DNA of 64,000 nt, taken from the human T2T-CHM13v2.0 reference genome, Homo sapiens. Numbering within the stretch: position 1 is the stretch's first letter; each line of letters begins with the position of its first letter. This document shows, piece by piece, positions 1-16,205 of this stretch. The translations under genes and the position numbers were made by a program. A model generated the notes under the pieces. It worked only from the letters and a program-made list of their open reading frames with translations, was not told where the DNA came from and searched no databases. The stretch lies in NCBI RefSeq assembly GCF_009914755.1, contig NC_060926.1. One strand, written 5' to 3'.

Positions 1-3933
<3,933 letters not shown>

Positions 3934-5268
3934 AGACATTGATAAAGTTGTTGACTTCAGTGAAGGGATGCTATGGATGTTTGGGAGAGCATTTTCTAAC
4001 ATTACTTTGACGTTAATGCCTGAGAACCAATCATTTACTCACAATACTGTGCTTTACACCCATCACTATCCCTTTAAGCCAATGGGTTGAATGGAATCAC
4101 AGATCTGACTCTATGTGGCATCTTCTGATGTTCTCAAATCAGCTTAGAGATGGTGTCTAAATAGTCCTTTAACCATGGCCATTTCATATGATACCTCTGC
4201 TACCCTTCTGAAAAAAAGAATCCAAATCTCGGTGTGTTTATTACAGTGCCTTAGCTGCCTCAGAAGATTTAATCTGTCTGACTGACTGTACATGGAGAAA
4301 CATTCTTTGCTAGTCTGCATTTTATTTTAAAGTTTACAAAAAATAAAGATGAAAATGTCAATATAAATGGAGCATGCCTGACTGTAAAAGGCCAGTTGTG
4401 CCTGTTTCAGACATTCTTATATTTTGTTATCAATTTGTTCCAAAGTCCAAAAATGTTCATATATCACAGCAGATACTTAAACAACAAACGGCTAATTTCT
4501 TTCCATTGGAAGCCTGACCTTCTCAGTGGCAGATTGTGGGAACATAGGCTTCTTAGTTTTAAAGAAGCAAATAAACTTACAAATGAAGTTACCTGTTGGT
4601 AAGTTCCATGATGGGAACAAAGAGAGGGCCTCTGTAAATATTATTCACCCCACTGCTGGGTCCGTCCGTCTAAAGGCCGTGATTGATGATGTCACCAAAA
4701 CAAAGGAGTGCATTTAGTCTAATAAGCCAACTTGATGAGACATTGAAAGGTTGGAATTATGTATGGCAGAAGACAATTATGCAAGCTAAATGATTCTTTA
4801 ATTAATAATGAGATCCATCACAGACTGAAGAGAAAGACTCACAGGATGGAAAGCATTGTGATTTACTCTGTGTGTGTCCATATGTGTCTGCAGTGTATAT
4901 ATTTTGGGATGTAAATGATATATGCACAGTGTGGGTGCTGTGGCATCTGAATCTATGTGCTTATTGTCTGAGATCATGACTCATTTGTACACTGGGTAGG
5001 TGGATGTCTAGAATGTACTAATTGTTTCTTAAGCAGTAGAAGGCTTTGCCTGGTTCCTAAATCCATATGGTTTTATTAGAAAAACAGTTGAATTTCATTG
5101 TTGTCATGTATGTCCCCCTATTTTCAGAATACAAGTAGTTGCCTTATGCTGTCCCAATTTAATTTTTTTAAACATTAAGCCAAACCATGGAAGTACCCAA
5201 ACATCAATATCAATGTAAAGGCATAAATTAACAAAATGCCATTTAGTTCACTTTTAAATATTTCCCAG

Positions 5269-5641
5269 TGGTAGGATTTGGCTGTGTCCCACCCCAATCT
5301 CACCTTGAATTGTAGTTCCCATAATCCCCATATGTCGTGAGAGGAACCTGGTAGGAGATAATTGAATCATGAAGGTGATTACTTCCGTGCTGTTCTTGTG
5401 GTAGTGAGTGAGTTCACACAAGATCTCATGGTTTTATAAGGGGCTTTTTCCCTTTTGCTCAGTAATTCTCTCTCCTGCCATCATGTGAAGAGGGACATGT
5501 TTGATTCCCCTTCCTCCACAATTGTAAGTTTCCTGAGGCCTCCCCAGTCATGTGGAACTGTGAGTCAATTAAACCTCTTCCCTTTATAAATTACCCAGTC
5601 TTGGGTATGTCCTTATGGCAGTGTGAGAATGGACTAATACA
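5269..5641 (+). mobile_element. Solo MaLR LTR, THE1-family (THE1D-like)
   Basis: Begins tggtaggatttggctgtgtccc and ends ggactaataca, with internal attaaa signal. 5-bp TSD cccag/tccag (one mismatch). Confidence 0.88.
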
Positions 5642-5714
5642 TCCAGTCTCTGGATTAACACCTGCTTCTAACTAACTAGTGACATTTGTTTTAAAATTTT
5701 AGATATTTTGGAAC

Positions 5715-5945
5715 AACAATGGTTTTCAAACTGTGTTATATGGAACACTAAGTATTCAATAGAGCTCTCCCCTTCTTCCTCTCCACCCCCACAGAAATGA
5801 CAAAGCGTGGGAGGTAAGGGAAACAAAGAGACAGAACTCCAACCCAAAGAGCTGCAGTTTTATTTGGGGGAAAGGCAAATTTATTTTATGGTTTTGTGTA
5901 AACAAAGATTTCTATGGCTATAAGTAGTTTTAAAACCATCATTAA
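5715..5945. mobile_element. Possible old hAT/MER5-like DNA transposon remnant
   Basis: Terminal-like caatggttttcaaactg and ttttaaaaccatcatt; highly diverged. Confidence 0.35.
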
Positions 5946-5949
5946 AAAT

Positions 5950-6680
5950 GCATTTGAAACAAAACTAAAGTTAGTTTCTTACTTCATACTATATGTGAGA
6001 AAATTTCACATAAAACATAAAACTCATAGTATGGAAGTACAAGAAAAGATATTTGGAGAATTTCAAAAATAATTTTAAGTTATTAAAACAAAGCCTATAC
6101 ACCCCCACCAACATGCGTGCATGTGCGCGTGCATGTGCACACACACACACACATATATATACCTTGCCAGATTAGAAAAACAATTAAACTTCTATAGAGC
6201 ACAAAACAACATTAAAAAGTTAAAAGAGAAAGATATAATAAAAATAGCATACTAGGAGGGAATATTTGCAGCATTCATAACAGACAACAAGTTAGTATCC
6301 ATAGTAAATACAGAACTCTTAAACATGTATTCAGAAGTAACTAGAATTAAAACAACAAAGGATATTAACAAGAAATGTATTAAAGAATATAAATGGGCAA
6401 TAAACATAAGATGCTAAATTCACCAGTAACCAGGTAAAATGTAAATTTTATAAAGTGTATTGTTTTTACCCTATTAGACTGGCAAAAATATAAAAATAAG
6501 CCTGCTAATGTCAAATGTTCATGAGAGTGTAGAAAAACAAGCAATATCTAAGGTCTTTGTGGAGTTTTAACAGACTTTTTGAAGGACAATATGGCAATGC
6601 CTTTCAACTTTTGAAATATGCATAGGCAGTTATTCACCAATTCCATTTCTAGTAATATATCTTAGAAATACTTCATGTCA
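5950..6680 (+). mobile_element. Old L1M (L1ME-like) ORF2 3' / 3'UTR fragment
   Basis: Degenerate L1 3' motifs (aatatttgcagcattcataacagacaac, ctattagactggcaaaaat, caattccatttctagtaatatatc); appears to resume at about 7500-7880. Confidence 0.6.
6111..6161. repeat. Alternating purine-pyrimidine tract (mixed GT/GC, then (CA)n(TA)n)
   Basis: acatgcgtgcatgtgcgcgtgcatgtgcacacacacacacacatatatata seen directly. Confidence 0.85.
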
Positions 6681-6714
6681 TTTACTTATTTGTTTACTTA
6701 CTTGTTAATTTTTT

Positions 6715-7490
6715 TGTGGTGGTGGTTTTAAAACATTTCGGCAAATTATTTTACACTCCTTCATTTAAAAGGTGAAGTATAATTCACTTCCCCTTGAATG
6801 TTGACCAGACTTTTTTTATTGATATATAACAGATGTGCATATTTCCAGGGTACATAGGATAATCTGATACATTCATATAGTCAAATCAGGGTAATTGGGA
6901 TAACCATCACCTTAAATATGTATGTTTTCCTTATGATAAGTTCCTTTGAATTATTCTCTTCTAGCTATTTTGAAGGGTGCAATAGAGTCATGTTAACTAT
7001 AGATACCCTATTAATTCCCCTCCCCTTGAATGTTGGACAAAGTTTGTGACTTGCTTTAACCGAGAAAATGTGACGGTAGTGACGCTGGGTGACTTCCAAG
7101 GCTAGGTCACAGAAAGGATAACTTCTACCTGGCTCTTGCTTTCTTGGATTGCTCATGTTAGGGAAGCCAGCTGCCATGTCATGAGGACACTCAAGCAGCC
7201 CATGTTGGAAGAACTGAGGCGCTATGGAGAGGCCTATGCTAAGAAGAACTGAGGTCTCCCACTAACATCTTGCATCAAACTACCAACCATGTTACTGAGC
7301 CACCTTAGGTCCTCCAGCCCTAGTCCAGTCTTTGAATGACTGTAACATCTTGACTGTACCCTAATGAGAGATTCCAATCCTCAACCAGCCAGCTATGCTG
7401 CTTCAAGATCTCTGACCAGCAGGAACTATGAGCTAATAAAGAATTCTCATTATCTGAGGCCACTAACTTTTAATATAATTTGTTATGCCC
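6715..7490 (+). mobile_element. MLT1 (MLT1F/G-like) LTR, interrupted by an L1MA fragment
   Basis: ccccttgaatg...gtgacttgctttaacc, gggtgacttccaaggctaggtca, gaagccagctgccatgtcatgaggacactcaagcagcc, and a 3' end with ttgttatg. Confidence 0.75.
6811..7011 (-). mobile_element. 5'-truncated L1MA 3'-end fragment inserted in the MLT1
   Basis: Poly-T start, then ttgatatataacagatgtgcatatttccagggtaca...ctagctattttga (reverse complement of an L1MA 3'UTR); flanked by a long direct repeat. Confidence 0.75.
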
Positions 7491-10089
7491 GAAGTGTATG
7501 ATTGAATTAATTGTGGTTAACCCTTATCACGAAACATATGCAACTGTTAAATTAAGAAAGTATCTCTATGTATTCTAAAATAAAAAATCTTCAGGAAATA
7601 TTAAATAAATTATTCAAACAATATACATTTTATTAATTTTTCATATTAAGATACATTTGGATATATATAGTTTACATACACACCTCTATACAGATGTGTG
7701 TAACTGCATATGTAAATGCTTTCAGAAACCTATGGAATAGAGGATTGGACTAAGAAAGATAGCAAGGGGACTTCCACCTTATGAATTTCTGTGTATTTGA
7801 AATTTTTTAATTACAAACATGTTTTGTGTATTCATATTTACTTTTATAATTTTATTTTAAAAATTTTAACTAATGAAAAATAAATGAAGTAGCATACTCT
7901 TCTTTGAAGGGCTTTCGTTGTTGATATTAGTGAATTACCAGGTAGTAGAAGACAAGAAAATGGGATGAGTTAAAATGCATAATTTACTTTAATAGCTTTG
8001 TGGCTGAGAGGAAGCAAGTAAAATGATTGTTATAGTTTTGATTCATGGTCAGGTGGCTTTATGTCATTCTATGGCCCTAGCCTACCTGTTTGTCAAATGG
8101 GACAGTGAGTACGGAGACGTAAGCTGGGGAAGGAATGAGGATGACTTAGTCTAAATACACCCCTACCAGTGGACAAAGTCCAGAACCCACACCAGATGCC
8201 AGATGAATTGTAGGTCGATAGCGACATCTTCATGTACAAAGGACAGCACATTAAAGAGGGGGATGAAATAGATATCTACCTGTGGGAGCTATTGATTGGA
8301 TTTAATGCTAGGGCTTTTATCCCATTATGCTGCATGTAATATGCTGAGGATTTCAGAAAAAAAATAATACATGGGCTGTCCCAAGAACTATAGGTCAAAA
8401 GGGAGTGGATAATAGAATGTGAATAAAAAGGAAAAATTGATTTGCTGATAGTGATTATTAGGCAAGATTATAGAAGGCAATATTACAACTAGCAGAGCAT
8501 CACTAAATGATGCCCATTCCTTAATACAAAGCCATCTGAATCAACCTGAAGTACAAAAGATGAAGACTCAAGTGACCAAGGCAAATTTTAATTGGAATTA
8601 CAAATATCGCATGGCAAATAAAGGGCTCCTTGAGAGTATTTATGTAAAATCTTATGTCTTTCTTTCAAAGATTTCTTAAGAGGAGTTCCAGAAAATATCT
8701 TTAATTCCAGTTTATAGATTTTCCTTATTTTAATGTTTGCACCTCTAGTGTAGGCATATTATAAATGGAATTGACTACGTTACTAATGCTTTTAATCTGA
8801 TTTTACTGGCGCCTAGGGCTGATGACTAGGAATCAGCATGTGTGTCATTAAAAAAAAATAAAGTTATATAGAAACTAAATTACATGTCCAAATAAACACA
8901 TTTATCTGTGTGCTTTATTTATTATCCCAAGTAGCCAAAGCACAGAGTCCTGACTGCCTGTCTTCAAAAATAAAGTAGCTACAAAGCAGTTAGTCTGGCT
9001 GCTGGAATCAAAAACTCTCACTTGATGAAAGAACTGGCAAGAATAGCCCACTATGTTATGATGTATTCCTTCGTTTATAACTCCCGGATCTCAGGCCTGG
9101 AACTAGACGTTTGTGGGGCACTGCATGCATTTTTGTAAGACTATTTATATGCAGGAAATAATTGACAGTATTTTAGTCACTCAAATCGATTGCTGAGCGA
9201 TCGACCATTGGATTGCTACTCAGTCGATCTGAGTTGGCACTTCAGACAAGTGAAGTATCAGCACTTACTGGGTACTATTAATTGCAAGTCCTCTCCATGA
9301 GCCTATGATTTGGACCTGATGGAAGATACGGACAGAAATGCTAGAATATGTGGGCTGAGAATTTTGCATGAAATAAGTGAAAGGGAAGTGAGGCACTGTC
9401 CAAAATGTCAAAACTGATTCCTGAAATCCCAGGGGACTTTTTTCTCAACTTGCATTTGATTATATTTACTTTGGAATGTTTTTAGATTCTGTACTATGTC
9501 AATCATAAATCAATGCATCATGAATGGCTGCCCCTTTTGCCCACTGTCTACCAAATCTACTGCAAAGACTTCCCAGTGACCTTGCCACCTGCTAAAAACC
9601 TGTCCTGACCACCTCTGGCTGAGGGGTCCTGGTTGTCTTCTGCCCTCTGATTACAATTACTTTCTGAGCAATTTAATGGGAAGCACCTCCCTTTTTTTAG
9701 TCATTGCTTCTGTTGTTATTTTGATTATTTAAATTATGTGTGCTATCATTTGACTTTGTGCATTGTTTATAACTCAGGTACACAAGAAGCTTTCAGAGTG
9801 CAAATGGTTGTATTTTATCTTGTTTCCTTTTCTTTCTTTTTTTTTCCTTCCTCACTCCTCCCTCCCCTCAACAACCACCTGTGCCTTCCAGGTCTATGAT
9901 AGTGCCGTACACTTAGGAGATTCTTGTACACGTTTGTTGTTTTGCAATTTGAAATTCATGATACATTCTGCCCTCAGAAACTTCAGATCTTAATTGTGTC
10001 AGGACAACATGTACACTCCAAAAAATCTTTATTACCAATTATAGAGACAAAGGAATGGGAAATATATTTAAGAACAAGAATGTTTTCAC

Positions 10090-10260
10090 CATACAATTTA
10101 CTCTTCTCAATATGTGCACAATGAGGTGGGTATTATTGTCATTTTTACTTTACAGATAAGAAAACCAGGCTGATAGATCTTAAGCAATTTGCCTAGCCTT
10201 ACTGGTTTTAAGAGGCAGAGTTGATTCAAACCCGGGTCAGCTGGGTTCTATCCTCTGGAC
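10090..10260 (-). mobile_element. MIR SINE
   Basis: gaggtgggtattatt...ttacagataagaaaac...gcagagttgattcaaacccggg matches the reverse MIR core. Confidence 0.7.
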
Positions 10261-11964
10261 CAGTTCAACAATAAACAACATTAAAGAGGCTGCACTAATA
10301 TCCCTACAAAGCAGGGTAACCACTGAGGGAATGTGGAGTGAGGGAAGCATGTGGAAATGGGTCATGAATTGGGAGAGGCTTCCTGGGTGAGGGAACATTG
10401 AAAGGAGCGAGAGAGAGGGAATATAGCTCTGAAAAATAGAGGATGGGATAAGTGGAGCAAGGTAATAAAGAAAAGAAAAAGCCTTTGCCATTAAGGCTGT
10501 GGAAGTATTTACAGTTGGTTTCCAATTTCCTCATATTTTTCTATCTAGCCAAACAGCAATAAAGGTATGTGGAAAAAACATATATATTAAATTACTAGGT
10601 GTCAGATTTCTGATTTGATAACACTTGGTGGAAAAATAACAGTTATTATTACTCTTCATTTATCTAGCTCTGAGAGTGTACACAGCACAGTATAATAAGT
10701 AGAATTTATCAGAAGAGGGACAAGATCGGTGCCCTGAGGGCTTTTCCACTTGAGTAGAGGCTCAAGTGGAAACTGTGACACCCAAGAATCAGGGCACTGC
10801 CCTCACGGAGATGTGGACTCTCCTGCTCTCACCGGCTGCAGCTGAAGATATGTGGTCTTATTGTGGGTGGCATTTTTCTTTTGTGGGAAGATATGGAAAG
10901 AGATTTTAATGTCTGTCTTCTAGACAGAAGATGTTAATTGAAATCTTTTTCTAACATTATATGTCTCACATTACTACATGTGAAAAAAAAGAGAGGCATT
11001 TTTTTTTCTTTAAGAGCCTGCTTTGTGTCTTCTGAGCAGCCAGCAAGGTTCAATCATGAGCCAGTGAGACTGAACACCTGGGAGCAAGGGCAGATGGACA
11101 GCTGTCTTCCTCAGGGTGCCCAGGAATACAAATTTAGGCTCATAACAATTCAGCGTTCTAATTACAGAGGATGCACCTGTACTAGTAAATATGTACACAA
11201 AAATACCTTGCTTATGCACTGTCGCCCAGACGTCCAGAAGATAATCAAGAAATAGCGAGTAAGCAAAACAAAGGTAAGAAACCTAAAGTTTCTTCACTCA
11301 AATTTGACCAGAGTCTCAATCTTAGCTTGTTAACTTTTACTCTGGGCACAAATTTAATAAACGTTGTTTATAGTTGCCTAGCTCCCACTCAGTACTTTAG
11401 CAGCAGCAAATGAGAAGTATGGGGGACATGACAGAGAGCTGGATAACAAGGGAGGAGACAGAAATGCTGAAAACATACAGCTAGAACTGGGGAGAGGTGG
11501 GGAGCCCACAGCATAGAGCAGACAACCCTATAACGTCAGTGGTTTCTGAGGGCATCAGCACTTCTGCAAAGGGATGTAACTCAGAATTCAGTTTGTTTGT
11601 TCCAGGTGCTATATATTAAATATTATCTGTAATAAAATAATTATATCTTAATTGAATTAAAAAATTGTGATATTCTGCAAAAACAAATATGAAACCAGCT
11701 ACTCCATTTGAAAGAGAAAACTAAAATAGTTGAAATATAAACGTGAGAATATTGAACTCATGGTGTAGAATAGAAGCAGCAAGTAAACTTTGGATTTAAG
11801 TTTAAATAATTGCTATTAATTATTACGAAGATTTAAGGTAAATGTTATTAAAAATGTCTTAAATTAGCTTGCAAATGCAAAATTCTAATGATCAGTTGGC
11901 AGGAAATTCAGGTTATTCCAAAGACCTTATGAGGTAAGAGATGTCAGAAACTAAAATCATACTA

Positions 11965-13010
11965 AAGTTTATTTAACATTGAATAAATATTTATTGAACC
12001 CCTGTTTTGTGTCAGAAGCTATACCATATGCTAGGATCTTAGTACAAAACAGTAGAAACTTATAAGCATAAGCACGACATTCCACATGTGAACTGGACAA
12101 TAAACAAATATGTAAATATATAATTTCTGCTTGTGATACATGCAATGCAGAATAAACCAGGGTAAGAGTGTTAAGGGACAGGCAAGTGGAGGGACTGCTA
12201 CTATGTTAAGTATGGTATTCTTAGAAATCCTCTCTTTGAAGGTCACATTTGGACAGAGCCTGTGAACACAATATGGCCATCCAGAGGAAGAGAATTCCAG
12301 GAAAAGTGCTAGGTGAGTGCAAAGGCCCTGAGGCAGGGTTGAGTTTGATGTATTTCGCAAGCAGTAAGAAGCAGAATGAGACAGGGCGAGGAGGTACATG
12401 ACTTTGACAGCATAGATGCTATTCCAGAGGAACAGGACCTACCGTTGAGTTAGATGTGGGACATAATGAAAGGGGAGAGGAATAAAGGAGAAATTTACGT
12501 ATTCTCCGTACTCTCACCCTCCCCTCACCCTGATACCAGATACTGGGTAAATAGTGAAACCAACTGCTGTACTGAAGAAAACTAGAAAAGAAGCATATAC
12601 ATGAGGAAGTTGAGGGGTTTGGACTAGAGGGTGATTCCACTGGAGATCTGGAAAGAGGGTGGAGATCTGGAAGATGGATGCTTGGGATCCACGAGAGTAC
12701 AGAGGATACATAAAGCTAGCAGGCTGGATATGAGGGCTCAGGCAGGGGGCATAGATACGAAGACAAAAGGTCTAAAGACTGGCTCACAACTCATGCATTT
12801 AGAAATCAGCAGAGAAGGAGTGTGCAAAGAAATAAGGAGCTCAAGCGTCCGTGGAAAGATAGAGACTTAGTCCTAAAAGTGGAAAATGAAAGTATTTAAG
12901 AAAGGGTGAGTGATCAGCTGAGGTATCAGCTGAGAAGTTGAGGAAGTCAGATGTGCACTGAGAACCCAAAGCTTGTCAGATTGGGCAATCTAAGGCCATT
13001 GGCAACCTAG
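11965..13010 (-). mobile_element. L2 LINE 3' fragment
   Basis: aataaatatttattgaacccctg...gtgcaaaggccctgaggcagg...gagttagatgtggga is typical of the reverse-strand L2 3' region. Confidence 0.75.
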
Positions 13011-14734
13011 AGGTGGGGCCTGGGAGATGGATTTATAGCTCATACATAGTTTAAATGCTCGAAAATGATAATGTTGTACAAAGTTTAAAGATAAAACAAA
13101 CTTCTAAAATAATAAATACACCTTAGAGGGATGACTTCTACCCCACCCTTCCCTGGTGAGCCCCTATTCCTGATAAGAGAATGTCACATTCTTGTATGTA
13201 ACGGGGCGCAGAATTTTGGGCAGAACCATCCCTTTTTGTTATGGTGAGTCACCAACGGGAGCTAAAACAGCCCATAATTTAGAGGAGAGCTAATTCAAAC
13301 AATTTAAAGAAATAGAAACATTAAGAACCTCATATTGGACTACTGAGTCAAATGCAAAGGCATAGCTGGGGGATTGAGAGGAACCCTCAGTAGTCCACCC
13401 ATGACTTAACTGAAAGAAAACCAATCCTAATAAATAATGAATTTGAGTTTATTGCTTTGATTTATGCATTTTACTTTTTTCTTCATCAAGTGAAATAAAA
13501 TCACAGGGAAGCTACACTGCCTGTTCGGAATTTTGTAGGAAAAAAGAGGAAAGAGATGTGGGTGCTTGTGGGACAAGGAATGGTGTGGGGCAGCTCCTTT
13601 ACAGGGAATGATATTTCCCCTGCAATTGAAAAAATTTGATATAATTGCTCATTGGGAGAAAATCTAACCATCATCACCATGCTTTTTCTTTAGAGCCACC
13701 TTTGTCTTATTGTATGTGGTTGTGGAATTGATGTATGGTAACATTCCTTTTTCTTTTTTAAGTACACCATGAAGGAAAAAGAAAAGAAAAGAAAAAAAAA
13801 AAAAGAATTCCATTGTGATAGTGAGGCAGCCAAGATTTAAAGGTTGTGCTGGACTTACAATTGAAATGCAAATCACTCTTTGCAAACAGCCTCCTGCTGA
13901 GGCCCAAATTTTTACAGATCAGGTTCTGCTGTCCTGATGAGGAATCACTGAACAGCATTTCCCAGGATTCACAAATTAGTTGCCATCTAAGGTATCATTT
14001 TCTACGTTATAATTGTAACTTACCAGAGGAAACTTTGTCACAAAAGACAGTACCCTGTGCTTCCATTATTTTTCCAGCTGCACCGCCACTAAGGATACTT
14101 TCACACACAATAAAAATACACACATCACGACCTCCCTCTCTGAAATACACACTCCTTGAATATAAACATTTTGAGAATATTGGTGTGCTTTTCTTCCCGT
14201 TCTTTTTTAGATGTGCAGGTGGTAAAATACTGGCTGCCATGAACTGCAGACAATAAATAAAGATTACCAGCTTCTTATGGATGCCTGATAGAAATGTGCC
14301 AGCCTGGGAAAGCCTGATTCTCCAGGCACAGTCATTCTCTGGGCAAGACATCTGTCACTAATGAGGCCCATTTTCTAGGTGCTCTTGAATGTGCTGGTAG
14401 GGGTGGTCCAGTGCAGACATGCTTAGTGGCCCCCAGAAATAGGAGACCCTTAAAACCCTGAAATGTTACCTTTCCTCTACACATTAAAAATTGCTAATAC
14501 TCTAAGAGGGGGCAGAATTATACACAGGACAGGGAAAACCAACACACACACAAAAGTTGAGAGTTTAAAAGCCAAAGGTGAGAGATGAAAATAATTCCAA
14601 GAAGTAGGGCTGTATTGTGGGAGAATCAGTAGCTAGTACCCTTACACTTGGTCTTGTCATTGACCCTTGCTAGCTGAGTTATCTTGGCAAATCCCAGAAA
14701 TGTCTGTGGACATCACTGTCACATACAAATGTCT

Positions 14735-15510
14735 GGATCAGAATTGCTCAAAGAGAGGTCTGAGAATCACCTGTCCCAGGAGTACACAGGGAATTTGCTC
14801 TGAAAAAAGGTTCAAGGGATTCATCCCCAGAGATTCTGATTTACTATATCTGGGATAGGCTCCAGGAACTTGTAATTTTAACAAGTTCCCCAGATAATTT
14901 TTTAATAGATTTTATTTTTTAGAGCAGTTTTAAGTTCACAGCAAAATTGAACAGAAGGTATGGAAATTTTCCATATACTCCCTGCCCCTACACATGCATA
15001 GCCTCCGCTATTATCAACATCCCCCCCAGAGTGTTATGTTTGTTCCAATTGATTAACCTACATAAACACATTATCCCCCAAGTCCATAGTTTATATTAGG
15101 GTTCACTCTTGACATTCCATTTTCTATGGATTTGGATAAATTTATAATGATGTGCATCCACCATTGTAGTATCATACAGAATAGTTTTACTGCACGAAAG
15201 ATGCTCTGTCCCTCTCCTATTCTCCCTTCCTCTCCCCTAGCCCCTGAAAACTATGGATCTTTTTACTACCTTCCATAATTTTGCCTTTTCAGAATGTCAC
15301 GTAGTTAGAATCATACAGCGTAGACTTTTCAGACTGGCTTCTTTCACTTGTTAGTATGCATTTAAGTTTCCTCCAAGGCTTTTCATGGTTTGAGAGCTCA
15401 TTTCTTTTTTGCCATGAATAATATTCCACTGTCTGGATGTACCACAGTTTATTTATCCAGCTCCAGAAGATTTTAACGCATACTAAATTTGAGAAGAACT
15501 GCACTAAATG
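14735..15510. mobile_element. MER5A-like DNA transposon split by an L1M insertion
   Basis: agaatcacctg...ccccagagattctgattta...ttttaacaagttccccagata (to about 14897); resumes gattttaacgcatactaaatttgagaagaactg at about 15469. Confidence 0.7.
14898..15460 (-). mobile_element. L1M (L1MC/MD-like) 3' end fragment
   Basis: ttttagagcagttttaagttcacagcaaaattga...ttttcagactggcttctttcact...ggatgtaccacagtttatttatcca. Confidence 0.8.
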
Positions 15511-15609
15511 AACTCTGAAGTTCCTACCAGTCTTCAGGCTTGATAAATTCATAGGTTAGTCGAGCATACGCACCATGAAGTTTGAATCCCTTAATCAGAA
15601 ATGTATGTG

Positions 15610-15680
15610 TCTATCTATTGATCGATCAATCGATCGATCTATCCATCCATCCATCTGTCTGTCCATCTGTCTATCAATCC
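15610..15680. repeat. Degenerate tetranucleotide repeat (TCTA/TCGA/TCCA/TCTG)
   Basis: Seen directly. Confidence 0.8.
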
Positions 15681-15975
15681 AGCTAAAGAGAAACAGAAGG
15701 CAAAAAGCTTGCTCCAGAAGATGTTGCTAGCTACATCTAGAGAGAAGCTACTAGAGGTCCCTTCCGTCAAGTATGTGCTAAGAACATGATCAAATCCCAG
15801 AGATCAATTTCCACATCCTACTGGTAGATGCAAAGAGATGATTCTTATAGCAGCAGTCTTCCTCCTGCCAGGGCAGGAGAGACTCCTGAGGAAGAGAGAG
15901 GGGCACAGGGAGAAATACAGTCCTACCTCCAGTCCCTGTGGTTTGGAGAGGAGGAAAAAAAACTGAGGAATGAGG

Positions 15976-16088
15976 TTCCTACTCTTCTCCCAATGTATGT
16001 TTTTGCCTCCAATTTCATCACAGAAACTGAACCACAGTTTCTGTGATGAAATTGGAGGCAAAAACATACATTGGGAGAAGAGTGGGAA
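15976..16088. repeat. Near-perfect long inverted repeat (49-bp perfect arms, 5-nt spacer)
   Basis: 15981-16029 is the exact reverse complement of 16035-16083; spacer aacca; extends 5 bp further with one mismatch. Confidence 0.97.
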
Positions 16089-16205
16089 TTAAAGATTGAA
16101 GAAAAGGGGATTTGGGGTTATTACTGAAGGGAGTGCATGTGAAATCTGTGCAAAGTGAAGAAAAAGTTGTGGTGAGTTGCTTGAGTCCCAACTGGGGTGA
16201 TAGCA

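Noticed and set aside
12641-12672. tggagatctggaa direct repeat
   Set aside because: Trivial short tandem duplication inside L2.
13846-14351. Overlapping 136-aa and 114-aa ORFs
   Set aside because: No recognisable domain or exon structure; lengths are compatible with chance.
9580-14520. CTCF-like motifs (near 9585 and 14505)
   Set aside because: Several mismatches at the 5' core; not distinguishable from chance.
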